Of a stretch of DNA of 32,000 nucleotides, positions 18,156 to 26,930 are shown one piece after another; positions within the stretch are counted from its first letter, which is position 1; each line of letters opens with the position of its first letter. A model generated the notes under the pieces. That model had not been told where the DNA came from, searched no databases, and saw only the letters and a program-made list of their open reading frames with translations. Source of the stretch: Candidatus Iainarchaeum sp. (lineage in GTDB: Archaea; Iainarchaeota; Iainarchaeia; Iainarchaeales; CSSED10-239); the NCBI GenBank assembly GCA_028700115.1, contig JAQVTI010000006.1:1-32000 (forward strand), given 5' to 3'. A program made the translations under genes and the position numbers.

Positions 18156-18446
18156 ATGTTAGATGAAAAAGATTTTATAAAAGATAGTTGTCTTGCAACT
18201 CCTGGCTTTGAATTTTATCCTAAAAAAAAGTTAAAAATAGATTTAGATAATCTTTCAAAAGTATTTAAAGAGCATGGATATTATATTTCAAAAAATAATT
18301 CTCCATTTTATATTCATGTGAAAACAGACATTTGTGAAGTTACTATTTTTTCTTCATTAAAGATAATTATTAAAGATTTAATTGATGAAAATAAAGCTAT
18401 ATTATCTTTTAAAAAAATTTTAAATTTAATTAATAAAGTTTTTTAA
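18156..18446 (+). CDS. Small hypothetical protein (~96 aa) translationally coupled to the HerA-like ATPase; possible single TBP-fold domain
   Basis: The ATG at 18156 lies 5 nt after the upstream stop (18148-18150), which sits inside ATGAT (18147-18151). CEVTIFSSLKIIIKDLIDENKA resembles the TBP repeat strand-helix LLLFKNGKIIISGASSEKD seen at 26284-26829. Confidence 0.55.
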   Translation: MLDEKDFIKDSCLATPGFEFYPKKKLKIDLDNLSKVFKEHGYYISKNNSPFYIHVKTDICEVTIFSSLKIIIKDLIDENKAILSFKKILNLINKVF

Positions 18447-19440
18447 TTTTCATTATAATTTCGTTTATTCTTTTAATGGTTTTTTTATCATTTTTATATT
18501 CTTTTAAATATTTTTTTTGTCTATTTTTAATTTCATTAATTGATGCTTTTTTTATTTTATTTTCATTAATTATTGCTTTTTTTATTTCATTTATCCCCAT
18601 TTCTGTAGGACTAAAGTATTTATTCATTTTATTTTTTTTAGATGTAATTTTTGATATTATTTTTTGAAGTATTTTAAAATTTTCTATATCTCTATTATAA
18701 TTAACAACTTTCTTTTTATGTTTTTTAAGATAATAAGGATCTATTTGATTTTTATCTCCTATATCTGCTGTTGCAGCTTCGTAAGCTATATTTATAGGAT
18801 GATTAATATCTAAATTCCATATAGGAAATGTTTCTAATTTTAAAAAGCCAGAATTTATTTTTTGTTTTGAATCATGGTATATTTGTGAAAGGCAAGTACT
18901 CATTTTTCCAGAGTTTGCAACTGCACTTGTAACAATAATTATTTTTTTAGATGTTTTTATATATTCATTTTTTAAATAACCATTTTTTCCAAGAATAATT
19001 TTTATATTATTTGGGTATTCTTTAATTTTTCTAGAAATATATACTTTATAATTTTTATTTTCTAATTTTTTTTTAAAATCTAAAGCATATTTTTCATCTT
19101 CACATCTTGTAATCATGACTCCTGCTATTTTAAATCTTTTTTTTAAATATTCTAATTCTTTTAATATTATTTTTGGATATTCTTTTTTAGAATTATAATC
19201 TTTTTTTATAGGATTTAGATGTTTTGAATAAATACAATAAATTATTTCAATTTCTTTTTTTATATTTTCTAAAATTCTAATTTTATTGTCTTCTTTATAA
19301 TCTATTAAAACTCTTTTTGCATGATAATCTTTAATTACATGCCCACCTATTTCTATATATATTTTATTAAATTTTTTTGCTCTTTTTTTTATTTCTTTTT
19401 TTGTAAGTTCTAAATATTTATTATTATCAAATGCTTTCAT
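18430..19440 (-). CDS. UPF0371/DUF1846 family protein (short form)
   Basis: FDNNKYLELTKKEI, YIEIGGHVIKDYHAKRVL, SGKMSTCLSQIYHD, LETFPIWNLDINHPINIAYEAATADIGD and VNYNRDIE match my recollection of the UPF0371 family. At 336 aa it is shorter than the ~490 aa I recall for that family. Confidence 0.7.
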   Translation of the reverse strand: MKAFDNNKYLELTKKEIKKRAKKFNKIYIEIGGHVIKDYHAKRVLIDYKEDNKIRILENIKKEIEIIYCIYSKHLNPIKKDYNSKKEYPKIILKELEYLKKRFKIAGVMITRCEDEKYALDFKKKLENKNYKVYISRKIKEYPNNIKIILGKNGYLKNEYIKTSKKIIIVTSAVANSGKMSTCLSQIYHDSKQKINSGFLKLETFPIWNLDINHPINIAYEAATADIGDKNQIDPYYLKKHKKKVVNYNRDIENFKILQKIISKITSKKNKMNKYFSPTEMGINEIKKAIINENKIKKASINEIKNRQKKYLKEYKNDKKTIKRINEIIMKIKKLY

Positions 19441-19562
19441 TTTTTCCCTTCTTTTTAAATATTTTTAAAGTTTGTGATATTATTCTTATTTATAAAAGGT
19501 TTTATAAATAAATATATTTAAATATATTAACTATCTATAATTATATAGTTAATGGTGTTTTT

Positions 19563-20495
19563 ATGTTTTTAAAAAAATTTTTGTTTTTTATAATTTGTTT
19601 TTTATTTTTATTATCTTCTTTATATTCTTCTGATTTTAATTTAAATTTAAACAGCACTCCTGATTTTAAAGATAATTCTTTAGATATTTTTTATATTCCA
19701 AAATCTGGTTTTTTTCAAATATTTTTTGATATATCTTCTGATTTAATTCCTAAAGATTATTTTAGTCCAAATAAAGTTGTTTATTCTTATAAAGTTTTTG
19801 ATTTAAAAAATAATAATTCTTATAAAAATCAAATAGATTTATCAATATCTAAAAATTTTGAATTTTTATATTCTGAATCTATTTCTTCTTTTTCATTAAA
19901 TTTATTATCTAAAGGTTTTAATGACCAAGATTTGTTAATTGAAGTAATTTCTGAAATTTATGATAGTTCAAATAATCTTTTAGAAAAAGATAATAGTTAT
20001 ATTAAATTAATATCAAATAATTCTGATATATATTATCCAGATACTATTAAAAAAAATGAACCTTTATATAGAGGGCATAATATATCTACTGATAAAATTA
20101 TTTTATATAAAAATACAAATAATGATTTTTTTATAAAACTTTTTGTAGAAAATAATTTTTCTTATGATGTTTCTTGTAAAATTAATAATGATATTTATGA
20201 TAATGATTTTTATATAACTAAAGATTATAATAAAGAACTTTTTAAATTTAATATTTCTTTAAAAAATAAGAATTTAGATTCTGGTAAGTTTTTAATCTTA
20301 TGTAATGCTTTTAATAAAAATAATTTTTATAAATTAAAAGATATTGAGTTAATATATATTAATGCAAATATTTTTACAGATAATAATTTTTCTGATATAA
20401 ATTATTCTATAGAAAATGAAGATATTTCTGTTTCTTCTAAAAAATATCATCTTTTTAAAGAATTTTTTAATAATATTTTTAATAGTTTTAAATAA
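19563..20495 (+). CDS. Hypothetical secreted protein with N-terminal signal-like hydrophobic segment
   Basis: GGTG at 19554-19557 precedes the ATG. N-terminus is MFLKKFLFFIICFLFLLSSLYS. Asn-rich with many N-x-S/T sequons. No recognisable domain. Confidence 0.65.
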   Translation: MFLKKFLFFIICFLFLLSSLYSSDFNLNLNSTPDFKDNSLDIFYIPKSGFFQIFFDISSDLIPKDYFSPNKVVYSYKVFDLKNNNSYKNQIDLSISKNFEFLYSESISSFSLNLLSKGFNDQDLLIEVISEIYDSSNNLLEKDNSYIKLISNNSDIYYPDTIKKNEPLYRGHNISTDKIILYKNTNNDFFIKLFVENNFSYDVSCKINNDIYDNDFYITKDYNKELFKFNISLKNKNLDSGKFLILCNAFNKNNFYKLKDIELIYINANIFTDNNFSDINYSIENEDISVSSKKYHLFKEFFNNIFNSFK

Positions 20496-20500
20496 TTTTT

Positions 20501-20536
20501 TATAATTTTAATTTTATAATTTTAATTTTATAATTT
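20501..20536. repeat. 14-nt tandem repeat TATAATTTTAATTT x2.6
   Basis: Read directly. Units are at 20501-20514 and 20515-20528, with a partial unit at 20529-20536. It lies between two convergent genes and runs into the 3-prime end of the minus-strand one. Confidence 0.8.
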
Positions 20537-20953
20537 ATCTGCAATAATGTGTGATATAAATCCAATTAATGCAAATATAAATAAATATTTTTCTAATAAT
20601 AAGAAAGGTAAAGCAACAATAATCCCAAATGCTATTGAATGCATCGGTCCTCTGTGTTTAGATATTATAAATATTGTTTCAATCCCTATAAGTATTGCTA
20701 TATATTTTAATACTTCTATTGTTTGTGTGAAATATAATATTATTAAGATAATTATTAAAATAAATATTATATAATCTATTTTTTTTCTAATATATGTATT
20801 TTTTTTATCTAAATCTGGAACAAGTGCATAAAATATAGTTATTATAAAACAATAAATTATATTTATTCCTTTAATATTATAAAAATCATTTATAATTATA
20901 TATGTTATTAAAAAAAATATTATTGAAAAAAATATATGTCCAAATTTATTCAT
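20528..20953 (-). CDS. Membrane-bound metal-dependent hydrolase-like protein (YdjM/DUF457-like)
   Basis: Polytopic hydrophobic protein with LVPDLDKKN, KHRGPMHSIAFG and a C-terminal SHIIADKL, resembling the DUF457 His/Asp motifs. Confidence 0.55.
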   Translation of the reverse strand: MNKFGHIFFSIIFFLITYIIINDFYNIKGINIIYCFIITIFYALVPDLDKKNTYIRKKIDYIIFILIIILIILYFTQTIEVLKYIAILIGIETIFIISKHRGPMHSIAFGIIVALPFLLLEKYLFIFALIGFISHIIADKL

Positions 20954-21005
20954 ATAAATATCTATTTAGATAAATAATTATAAACTATTTGTTCTATATT
21001 TTTAT

Positions 21006-21803
21006 ATGGATTTATTAAATTATATATTTCTAGGATTAATTCAAGGAATATTTGAATGGCTTCCAATAAGTTCTCAAGGAAGTTTAGTTATTTTTCTAAA
21101 TTATTTTTTAAATATACCTATTGATATTTCTTTAAATTATTCTGTTTTTTTACATCTTGGTACTACTTTTTCTGCAATAATTTATTTTAGAAAAGAAATT
21201 AAAGATCTTTTTTTACAAAAAAATATTTTTGGTTTTTTAAAAAATCCATTTTCTACAGAAAAGAATATTTCTTTTTTTAGATTTTTATTTATTTCTACAT
21301 TTATTAGTATTATTTTAGGTGGTTTAATTTATTTATTTTTTAGTAATTATGTTATTTCTTTTTTATATATTAATTTTATTATTGGTTTATTATTAATTTT
21401 TACAGGAATAATGTTATATTTCTCTAAAAAAAGTTTTTTAAAAAAAGAAAATTTGTCTATAAGGAATTCTTTTTTTTTAGGTTTATTTCAAGCAATGTCT
21501 ACTCTTCCAGGGATAAGTAGAAGTGGGATGACTACTTCTGTTTTACTTTTTGAAGGTTTTTCTGCTGAAAAGGCTTTTAGTATTAGTTTTTTACTTTCTA
21601 TTCCTTTTGTATTAATTGGTGAAATTGGTTTAATTATTTTAAATGGTGTTACTTTTAATTATTTTATATTAATTTCTATATTTATAGCTTTTATTGTTGG
21701 GTATTTTACAATTGGTTTACTCTTAAAGTTTGCAAAAAAAGTGGATTTTTCATTATTTTGTTTTATATTAGGTATTTTTTACATTTTTTTATTTTTTATT
21801 TAA
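21006..21803 (+). CDS. uppP: Undecaprenyl/polyprenyl-diphosphatase UppP (BacA family)
   Basis: GIFEWLPISSQGSL and PGISRSGMTTS signature motifs. Polytopic membrane protein. Confidence 0.92.
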   Translation: MDLLNYIFLGLIQGIFEWLPISSQGSLVIFLNYFLNIPIDISLNYSVFLHLGTTFSAIIYFRKEIKDLFLQKNIFGFLKNPFSTEKNISFFRFLFISTFISIILGGLIYLFFSNYVISFLYINFIIGLLLIFTGIMLYFSKKSFLKKENLSIRNSFFLGLFQAMSTLPGISRSGMTTSVLLFEGFSAEKAFSISFLLSIPFVLIGEIGLIILNGVTFNYFILISIFIAFIVGYFTIGLLLKFAKKVDFSLFCFILGIFYIFLFFI

Positions 21804-22106
21804 TTTTTTATTTTTTTAATTTTAATTTTTTTATTAATTTTAATTATTTTAATTTTTTTAGTTTATATTGTTTTAGTATAGTTTGTCTATTTTTTTAATA
21901 AATATAGATTTAATATATATAAATTATTTAAAATATATTTTTTATATAATTTTATTAGTCTTTAAATAATTGGAATTTTTTAATTATTTATTTTATATAA
22001 CATTTTGGTTTATTTTAATAATTTTTTTTATAAATCACTATATATATCTATTTATAAATATTTACTTCTTTTAATAATTTAAGTATATTAAAATATGTGA
22101 TTATAT

Positions 22107-22427
22107 ATGTCAGAAGAAATAATTAATTTAGAAGATTCAAATTTTGAATCTGTTTTAAAAGAAAAAGAAATTGCAATTGTAGATTTTTGGGCAGAATGGT
22201 GTGGTCCTTGTAAAATGTTTTCAAATATTTTTGAAGATTTTGCATCTAAAAATAAAGATGTTTTTTGTGCAAAGGTAAATGTAGATTTAGCAAAGAATAT
22301 TTCTCAAAAATATAATATTATGTCAATTCCTACAATTATGATTTTTAAAAAAGGTATTTTAGTAAAACAACAAATAGGTATTTTACCAGTTGATTTATTG
22401 GAGAAATTAATATTAGAAGTTAAATAA
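22107..22427 (+). CDS. trxA: Thioredoxin
   Basis: WAEWCGPCK active site, cis-Pro context SIPTIMIFKKG, 106 aa. GTGAT at 22097-22101 is the SD. Confidence 0.95.
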   Translation: MSEEIINLEDSNFESVLKEKEIAIVDFWAEWCGPCKMFSNIFEDFASKNKDVFCAKVNVDLAKNISQKYNIMSIPTIMIFKKGILVKQQIGILPVDLLEKLILEVK

Positions 22428-22454
22428 TTTTTATAATATTAAAAAGGTGTTTTT

Positions 22455-23966
22455 ATGACTTATTCATTTTTATTAAATGCAAAAATAATAGATATTTCTG
22501 CTGATTATCCTATAGTTATTTTAAATCCTAATGTTGCAAAAAAGTTAAATGCAAATCATTTAGATAGAATGCAGTTAGAAATAAATAATAAAATAACAGT
22601 TTGTGTGTTAGATACATCTCATTCATATGTAGATGAAAATAGTGTTGGACTTTTTAAAGATACTGCTTTTGATTTAAATATTAGTAATAATGATAAAATT
22701 AAAATAAGTGTTTTACCTCATCCAAAATCTGTGGATTATATTATTTCTAAAATTAATAATAAAACTTTAAATGCAGAACAATTAAGAGAAATTGTAAAAG
22801 ATATTAATTCTAATAGTATTTCTGAAGTTGAACTTTCAGCTTTTATAACTTCTATTTTTATTAATGGTTTTAATATTGATGAAACTACTGATTTTTGTAA
22901 AGAATTAATTGAAATTGGGGATAAAATTGAATTTAATGAAAAAATTATTTTAGATAAGCATTCTATTGGTGGAATTAATGGTAGAGTATCTATGATTATT
23001 ACTCCTATTATTTCTTCTTTAGGATATAAAATCCCAAAAACAGCCTCTCGTTCAATAACATCTGCAGCAGGAACTGCTGATGCTATGGAAGTTTTAGCTC
23101 CAGTTTCTTTTACAATTGATGAAATTAAAGAAATTATAAATAAAGTTGGTGGTGTTATATCATGGGAGGGAAAATTTGATCTTTGTCCTGTTGATAATAC
23201 TATTATAAATATAGAGCATGCTTTAAATATAAATCCTGAAGGAATAATGATTGGTTCTATTCTTTCTAAAAAGAAAAGTATTGGTTCAACTCATCTTATA
23301 ATTGATATTCCTGTAGGCCCAGAAGTAAAAATTAAAGATAAAGAGAACGGAGAAAGATTAGCTAAAAAATTTATTGCTATTAGTAAATCTTTAGGTATAA
23401 AAACAAAAGTTTTACTTACAGATGGTTTATCTCCATGCGGATATTCTTTTGGACCTGCATTAGAAGCTAAATCTGTTTTAGAAATTTTAGAAAATAAATA
23501 TTTTGATAATTTAGCAAGTAAATCATGTGCAATTGCTGGAGAGCTTTTAGAACTTGTTGGTCATGTAAAAGAAGGTCAAGGATATAATTTTGCAAAAGAA
23601 ATTATAACTTCTGGAAAAGCTTTAGAAAAGTTTAAAGAAATTATAAAAGTTCAGGGAGGTAATATTTTTTCTTCTAAAGATGTTCCTAAAGCAAGTTTTA
23701 TTAGAAATATTTTGTCTCCAGAAAATGGTACTATAATTTCATATAGTATAAAAATTTTTACTAAAATATCTTCTTTTTTAGGAGCTCCAATAGATAAATG
23801 TGCAGGTGTTTTAATAAAAAAAGAAATTGGTTCAAATGTAAAAAAAGGAGAAGTTCTTTTTGAAATTCATTCTGATAGTGAACAAAAATTAAAATTTACT
23901 GAAAATTATATTCTAGATAATTTTCCTGTAAGTTTTGAAAAAGTTATTTTAGATGAATTTTCTTAA
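22455..23966 (+). CDS. deoA: AMP phosphorylase (archaeal thymidine-phosphorylase family, DeoA-like)
   Basis: DKHSIGGINGR and TASRSITSAAGTADAME belong to the nucleoside phosphorylase II family. A ~90-aa N-terminal extension and 503-aa length are typical of archaeal AMP phosphorylase. GGTG SD at 22446-22449. Confidence 0.85.
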   Translation: MTYSFLLNAKIIDISADYPIVILNPNVAKKLNANHLDRMQLEINNKITVCVLDTSHSYVDENSVGLFKDTAFDLNISNNDKIKISVLPHPKSVDYIISKINNKTLNAEQLREIVKDINSNSISEVELSAFITSIFINGFNIDETTDFCKELIEIGDKIEFNEKIILDKHSIGGINGRVSMIITPIISSLGYKIPKTASRSITSAAGTADAMEVLAPVSFTIDEIKEIINKVGGVISWEGKFDLCPVDNTIINIEHALNINPEGIMIGSILSKKKSIGSTHLIIDIPVGPEVKIKDKENGERLAKKFIAISKSLGIKTKVLLTDGLSPCGYSFGPALEAKSVLEILENKYFDNLASKSCAIAGELLELVGHVKEGQGYNFAKEIITSGKALEKFKEIIKVQGGNIFSSKDVPKASFIRNILSPENGTIISYSIKIFTKISSFLGAPIDKCAGVLIKKEIGSNVKKGEVLFEIHSDSEQKLKFTENYILDNFPVSFEKVILDEFS

Positions 23967-24014
23967 ATTTAATTTTATTTTTATAAATTTATTTATCTAT
24001 ATTTTTTTATGAGT

Positions 24015-24806
24015 TTAAAATATTTTTTTATATATTTCTTTAAATTGATTTACATTTATTTGTTTTATTTTTAATTTTTTTGTTTTTAAATCTATTTTTT
24101 CAATATTTATTTTATTAAACATTTTTGGATTTATTTTTTTTGCAAGTTTTAATCCATTTAATAAGTCTTTATTTGAAAATCTAAATATTGTTTTAATAAA
24201 TTCAATATATTTTTCATCTTTTTTAATATTGTAAGGATTTATTTCAATTAATGTTGAATCAACTTTTGGTCTAGGATAAAAATTATTTTTTTTAATATTT
24301 GCAATAAATTTTATATTTCCATAACTTTGTGCAAGAACTGTTGTTGCAACATAATTTTCAAAACCTTCAATTGCAATTAATTTATCTGCAAATTCTTTTT
24401 GTACCATTAAAACTGTTTTTTTTGTAGAGTTTATTTTTTCTAAAATTTCTTGAGAAATAGAATATGGTATAAATCCAATTATTTTATCAAATTTTATTTT
24501 ATTTAAATCAACATCTAAAAAATCTTTATTTATTATTTCTATATTTTTATTTTCAAATTCATTTTTTAAGATTTCAACTAATTTTTTATCCTTTTCAATA
24601 ACTATTACTTTTTTTGCAAGTTTTAATATTTCTTTTGTAAGATTTCCTGTTCCTGGTCCAATTTCTAAAATTGTTTCTTCTTTTAAAATTTCTAAGGCTT
24701 TAATTGCTTTTTCTATCGGTTTTGTTGTAATTATAAAATTTTGATCAAATTTATAATCTGGTTTAAATCCATATTTTAACATTAAGTCATATATTTTTTT
24801 TTGCAT
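24015..24806 (-). CDS. rsmA: 16S rRNA (adenine-N6,N6)-dimethyltransferase KsgA/Dim1
   Basis: SAM-binding motif LEIGPGTGNLT and FYPRPKVDS. Last gene of the conserved L21e-RpoF-DUF655-KsgA cluster. Confidence 0.93.
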   Translation of the reverse strand: MQKKIYDLMLKYGFKPDYKFDQNFIITTKPIEKAIKALEILKEETILEIGPGTGNLTKEILKLAKKVIVIEKDKKLVEILKNEFENKNIEIINKDFLDVDLNKIKFDKIIGFIPYSISQEILEKINSTKKTVLMVQKEFADKLIAIEGFENYVATTVLAQSYGNIKFIANIKKNNFYPRPKVDSTLIEINPYNIKKDEKYIEFIKTIFRFSNKDLLNGLKLAKKINPKMFNKINIEKIDLKTKKLKIKQINVNQFKEIYKKIF

Positions 24807-24871
24807 AATTTGTTCTCTTTTTATAATTTGTTTTTAAGAAATTAATTTAAAATAAATAAAGAAAAAGATTT

Positions 24872-25393
24872 TTATTTATTAGAAACAAAAGGTATTGTGA
24901 ATAAATTATATTTTATATCTGGCCCACCTTCAATTTCATCAATTATTCTATTTACAATTACTTTTACTGGGTCTGGTAGCATTTCAATATCATTTATTTC
25001 TTTAAATGATTTAAACTTTCCTTTTTCTTTAATATGCTGTATTATTGCCATTCTATGTTTTTTTCCAATCATTGGAAGTAAATCTAATTGATGTCTTCTA
25101 AGTCCTATTGGTTTTGCAATATTAAAAAAATTTACAAATTTAGATTCATTTTTTATAACAATTGTTTCAATTGCTTTTTCTAATTCCCTTTTTGCATTTA
25201 TAGTCATTTTAGAATAATTTATTCTTCTTACAATTTGATTTTCTGTGTTTATAATTTCTTGAGGTTTTACATCTTTATCGCTAATTATTTCTAAAATTGA
25301 AAAATTAGATAGACCTATACATTGTATTACTGATGTATGTTTAAATTTTATTTCTTTTTTCAATTTATCTAAAACAATTGCTTCTTTAATCAT
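24872..25393 (-). CDS. DUF655 protein (predicted RNA-binding, helix-hairpin-helix)
   Basis: LRRHQLDLLPMIGKKHRMAIIQHIKEKGKFKSFKEI matches the DUF655 HhH segment, and the position between rpoF and ksgA is conserved. The track start at 25405 (MRLYM) overlaps the rpoF stop. GAGGT at 25403-25399 is the SD for the ATG at 25393. Confidence 0.8.
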   Translation of the reverse strand: MIKEAIVLDKLKKEIKFKHTSVIQCIGLSNFSILEIISDKDVKPQEIINTENQIVRRINYSKMTINAKRELEKAIETIVIKNESKFVNFFNIAKPIGLRRHQLDLLPMIGKKHRMAIIQHIKEKGKFKSFKEINDIEMLPDPVKVIVNRIIDEIEGGPDIKYNLFTIPFVSNK

Positions 25394-25401
25394 ATATAAC
25401 C

Positions 25402-25725
25402 TCATTTTTTGTATTTTTCAATAATTTTTAGTATTTCTTCTTTTGTTTCATCATTTATTTCTTTTTCTTTTTCAAGTATTAAATCGAGTTCTATTTTATT
25501 TGGGATTATATCTACTATTTTTGTTGCAATTTCATTTGAAACTTGTGTTTTTTCTAAAATTTCATCTTTTAATTTTTTTGCATTTGTAGGAGTTATTAAT
25601 GCAAATAGTTTAGAATGTTCATATGCTAATTTTTGTTCATAATTTAATTCTTTTTCTTTTGATTTTTCTGAAAGTATTTTCTTTACTTCTGAAATAGTAA
25701 CTCCTTCTATAAATTCTGTGTTCAT
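25402..25725 (-). CDS. rpoF: DNA-directed RNA polymerase subunit Rpo4 (RpoF)
   Basis: Size (107 aa), helical K/E-rich sequence (YEQKLAYEHSKLFA, ATKIVDIIP) and the conserved position directly after rpl21e. GGGGAT SD lies 5 nt upstream. Confidence 0.8.
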   Translation of the reverse strand: MNTEFIEGVTISEVKKILSEKSKEKELNYEQKLAYEHSKLFALITPTNAKKLKDEILEKTQVSNEIATKIVDIIPNKIELDLILEKEKEINDETKEEILKIIEKYKK

Positions 25726-26036
25726 TTTTTATCCCCTTTAATTAATTGAAATATTTTTTTTAAATGTACTTTATGAGATATTATTTTTTTCTTTTTATTT
25801 CCATCTTTAATATCTACAATTGGGGAATTTCCTTGAAATCCTATAACTTTTCCAGTTTTTCCATATGTTCTTCTAAAAGGCATTCCTTTTTGAATAGAAC
25901 TATTTATATTAATTTGTACTGTGTCTCCAACTTTTATTTCTTTTATCATTTCATTAACAGTTGTCTTTGCTCTTACATTTCTTCTAAGAACATTTCTAGT
26001 TCTTGCTCTTTTTCCTTTTGCTTTTTTATTTGCCAT
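25722..26036 (-). CDS. rpl21e: 50S ribosomal protein L21e
   Basis: KGKRARTRNVLRRNVR, VGDTVQININSSIQKGMPFRRTYGKTGKVIG. Confidence 0.95.
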   Translation of the reverse strand: MANKKAKGKRARTRNVLRRNVRAKTTVNEMIKEIKVGDTVQININSSIQKGMPFRRTYGKTGKVIGFQGNSPIVDIKDGNKKKKIISHKVHLKKIFQLIKGDKK

Positions 26037-26283
26037 TATTTTTCACTTTTTTATTTTTTTAATTATTTTTGAAAAAATATTTATTATATATTTTCTTTAT
26101 TCTTTTAAGAATTAGAAACTATACTTATAAATATTTAAATCTATTAATAAATATATAATATAGAACAGATAGTTTTTAAAAGGGTTTTTTTATATTTTAA
26201 AAACTTAGTATTTATAAACCCCTTTATAAATCTTTTCATTATATATTAAATATATTTAGTTATTTTAAAAAGGTGGGGTTTTT

Positions 26284-26829
26284 ATGAGTAATTATACAAT
26301 TGTAAATTTAGTTGCATCTAGTAATTTAGGGCAAACACTTGATCTTTATAATCTTGCTGCAGCAATTCCTGATGTAGAATATGAACCAGAACAATTTCCT
26401 GGTGCTATTTTTAAATTAAAAGAACCAAAAGTATCATTATTATTATTTAAAAATGGAAAAATAATTATTTCTGGGGCATCTTCTGAAAAAGATATTGTTG
26501 CAGGAATAAAAAAAGCAACTAAATTAATTGGAGAAATTGAAAAAAATGTTAAAATAAAGGCTTCTCCAAAATATGAAATTGTAAATTTAGTTGCAACTTC
26601 TTCTTTAAATAAGACTATTGATTTATTTCAAGCTGCAGTAACTTTAGATGATATTGAATATGAACCAGAACAATTTCCTGGTGCTATAATTAGATTATAT
26701 AATCCAAAGATAACACTTTTACTTTTTAAAAATGGGAAATTAATTTGTGCTGGTGCTAAATCTGAAGATGATATTAATAAATCTGTAAATAAAATTAAAA
26801 AATTATTAAAAGATAATAAATCTGAATAA
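26284..26829 (+). CDS. tbp: TATA-box binding protein
   Basis: Two direct repeats: IVNLVASSNLGQTLDL...YEPEQFPGAIFKL...LLLFKNGKIIISGA and IVNLVATSSLNKTIDL...YEPEQFPGAIIRL...LLLFKNGKLICAGA. GGTGG SD at 26272-26276. Confidence 0.97.
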   Translation: MSNYTIVNLVASSNLGQTLDLYNLAAAIPDVEYEPEQFPGAIFKLKEPKVSLLLFKNGKIIISGASSEKDIVAGIKKATKLIGEIEKNVKIKASPKYEIVNLVATSSLNKTIDLFQAAVTLDDIEYEPEQFPGAIIRLYNPKITLLLFKNGKLICAGAKSEDDINKSVNKIKKLLKDNKSE

Positions 26830-26930
26830 TTTTTTTATTTTTCTTATTTTTTTGCATCTGTTGCAGGTACTATTTTTGCAAGAGATTTATTTAAAGGTAT
26901 TTTTTCTACAGAGTTTGCAGGTATTGCATT

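Noticed and set aside
14985-20500. Integrated mobile element or provirus inserted at tRNA-Ser (HerA/FtsK-type ATPase downstream of a tRNA)
   Set aside because: There is no integrase, and I could not find by eye a downstream direct repeat of the tRNA 3-prime half (GTTCGAGTCTCGTCCTCTGC). There are no capsid, Rep or conjugation genes. A computational repeat search would be needed to exclude it fully.
20501-20536. 14-nt tandem repeat, considered as a CRISPR-like or minisatellite locus
   Set aside because: Only 2.6 contiguous units with no spacers. It sits in a convergent 3-prime junction and is most simply replication slippage in AT-rich DNA.
21804-22106. 303-nt extremely AT-rich spacer with TTTTAATT-type reiterations, considered as a replication origin
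   Set aside because: There are no ORB-like inverted repeats with G-strings and no adjacent orc1/cdc6 gene. The reiterations are low-complexity and not discrete repeats.
18476-26115. Antisense ORFs 18476-18667, 20547-20774, 24897-25091, 25409-25642, 25764-26072 and 25921-26115
   Set aside because: Each lies opposite a motif-supported gene (UPF0371, DUF457, DUF655, rpoF, rpl21e) and translates to S/F/I-rich low-complexity sequence.
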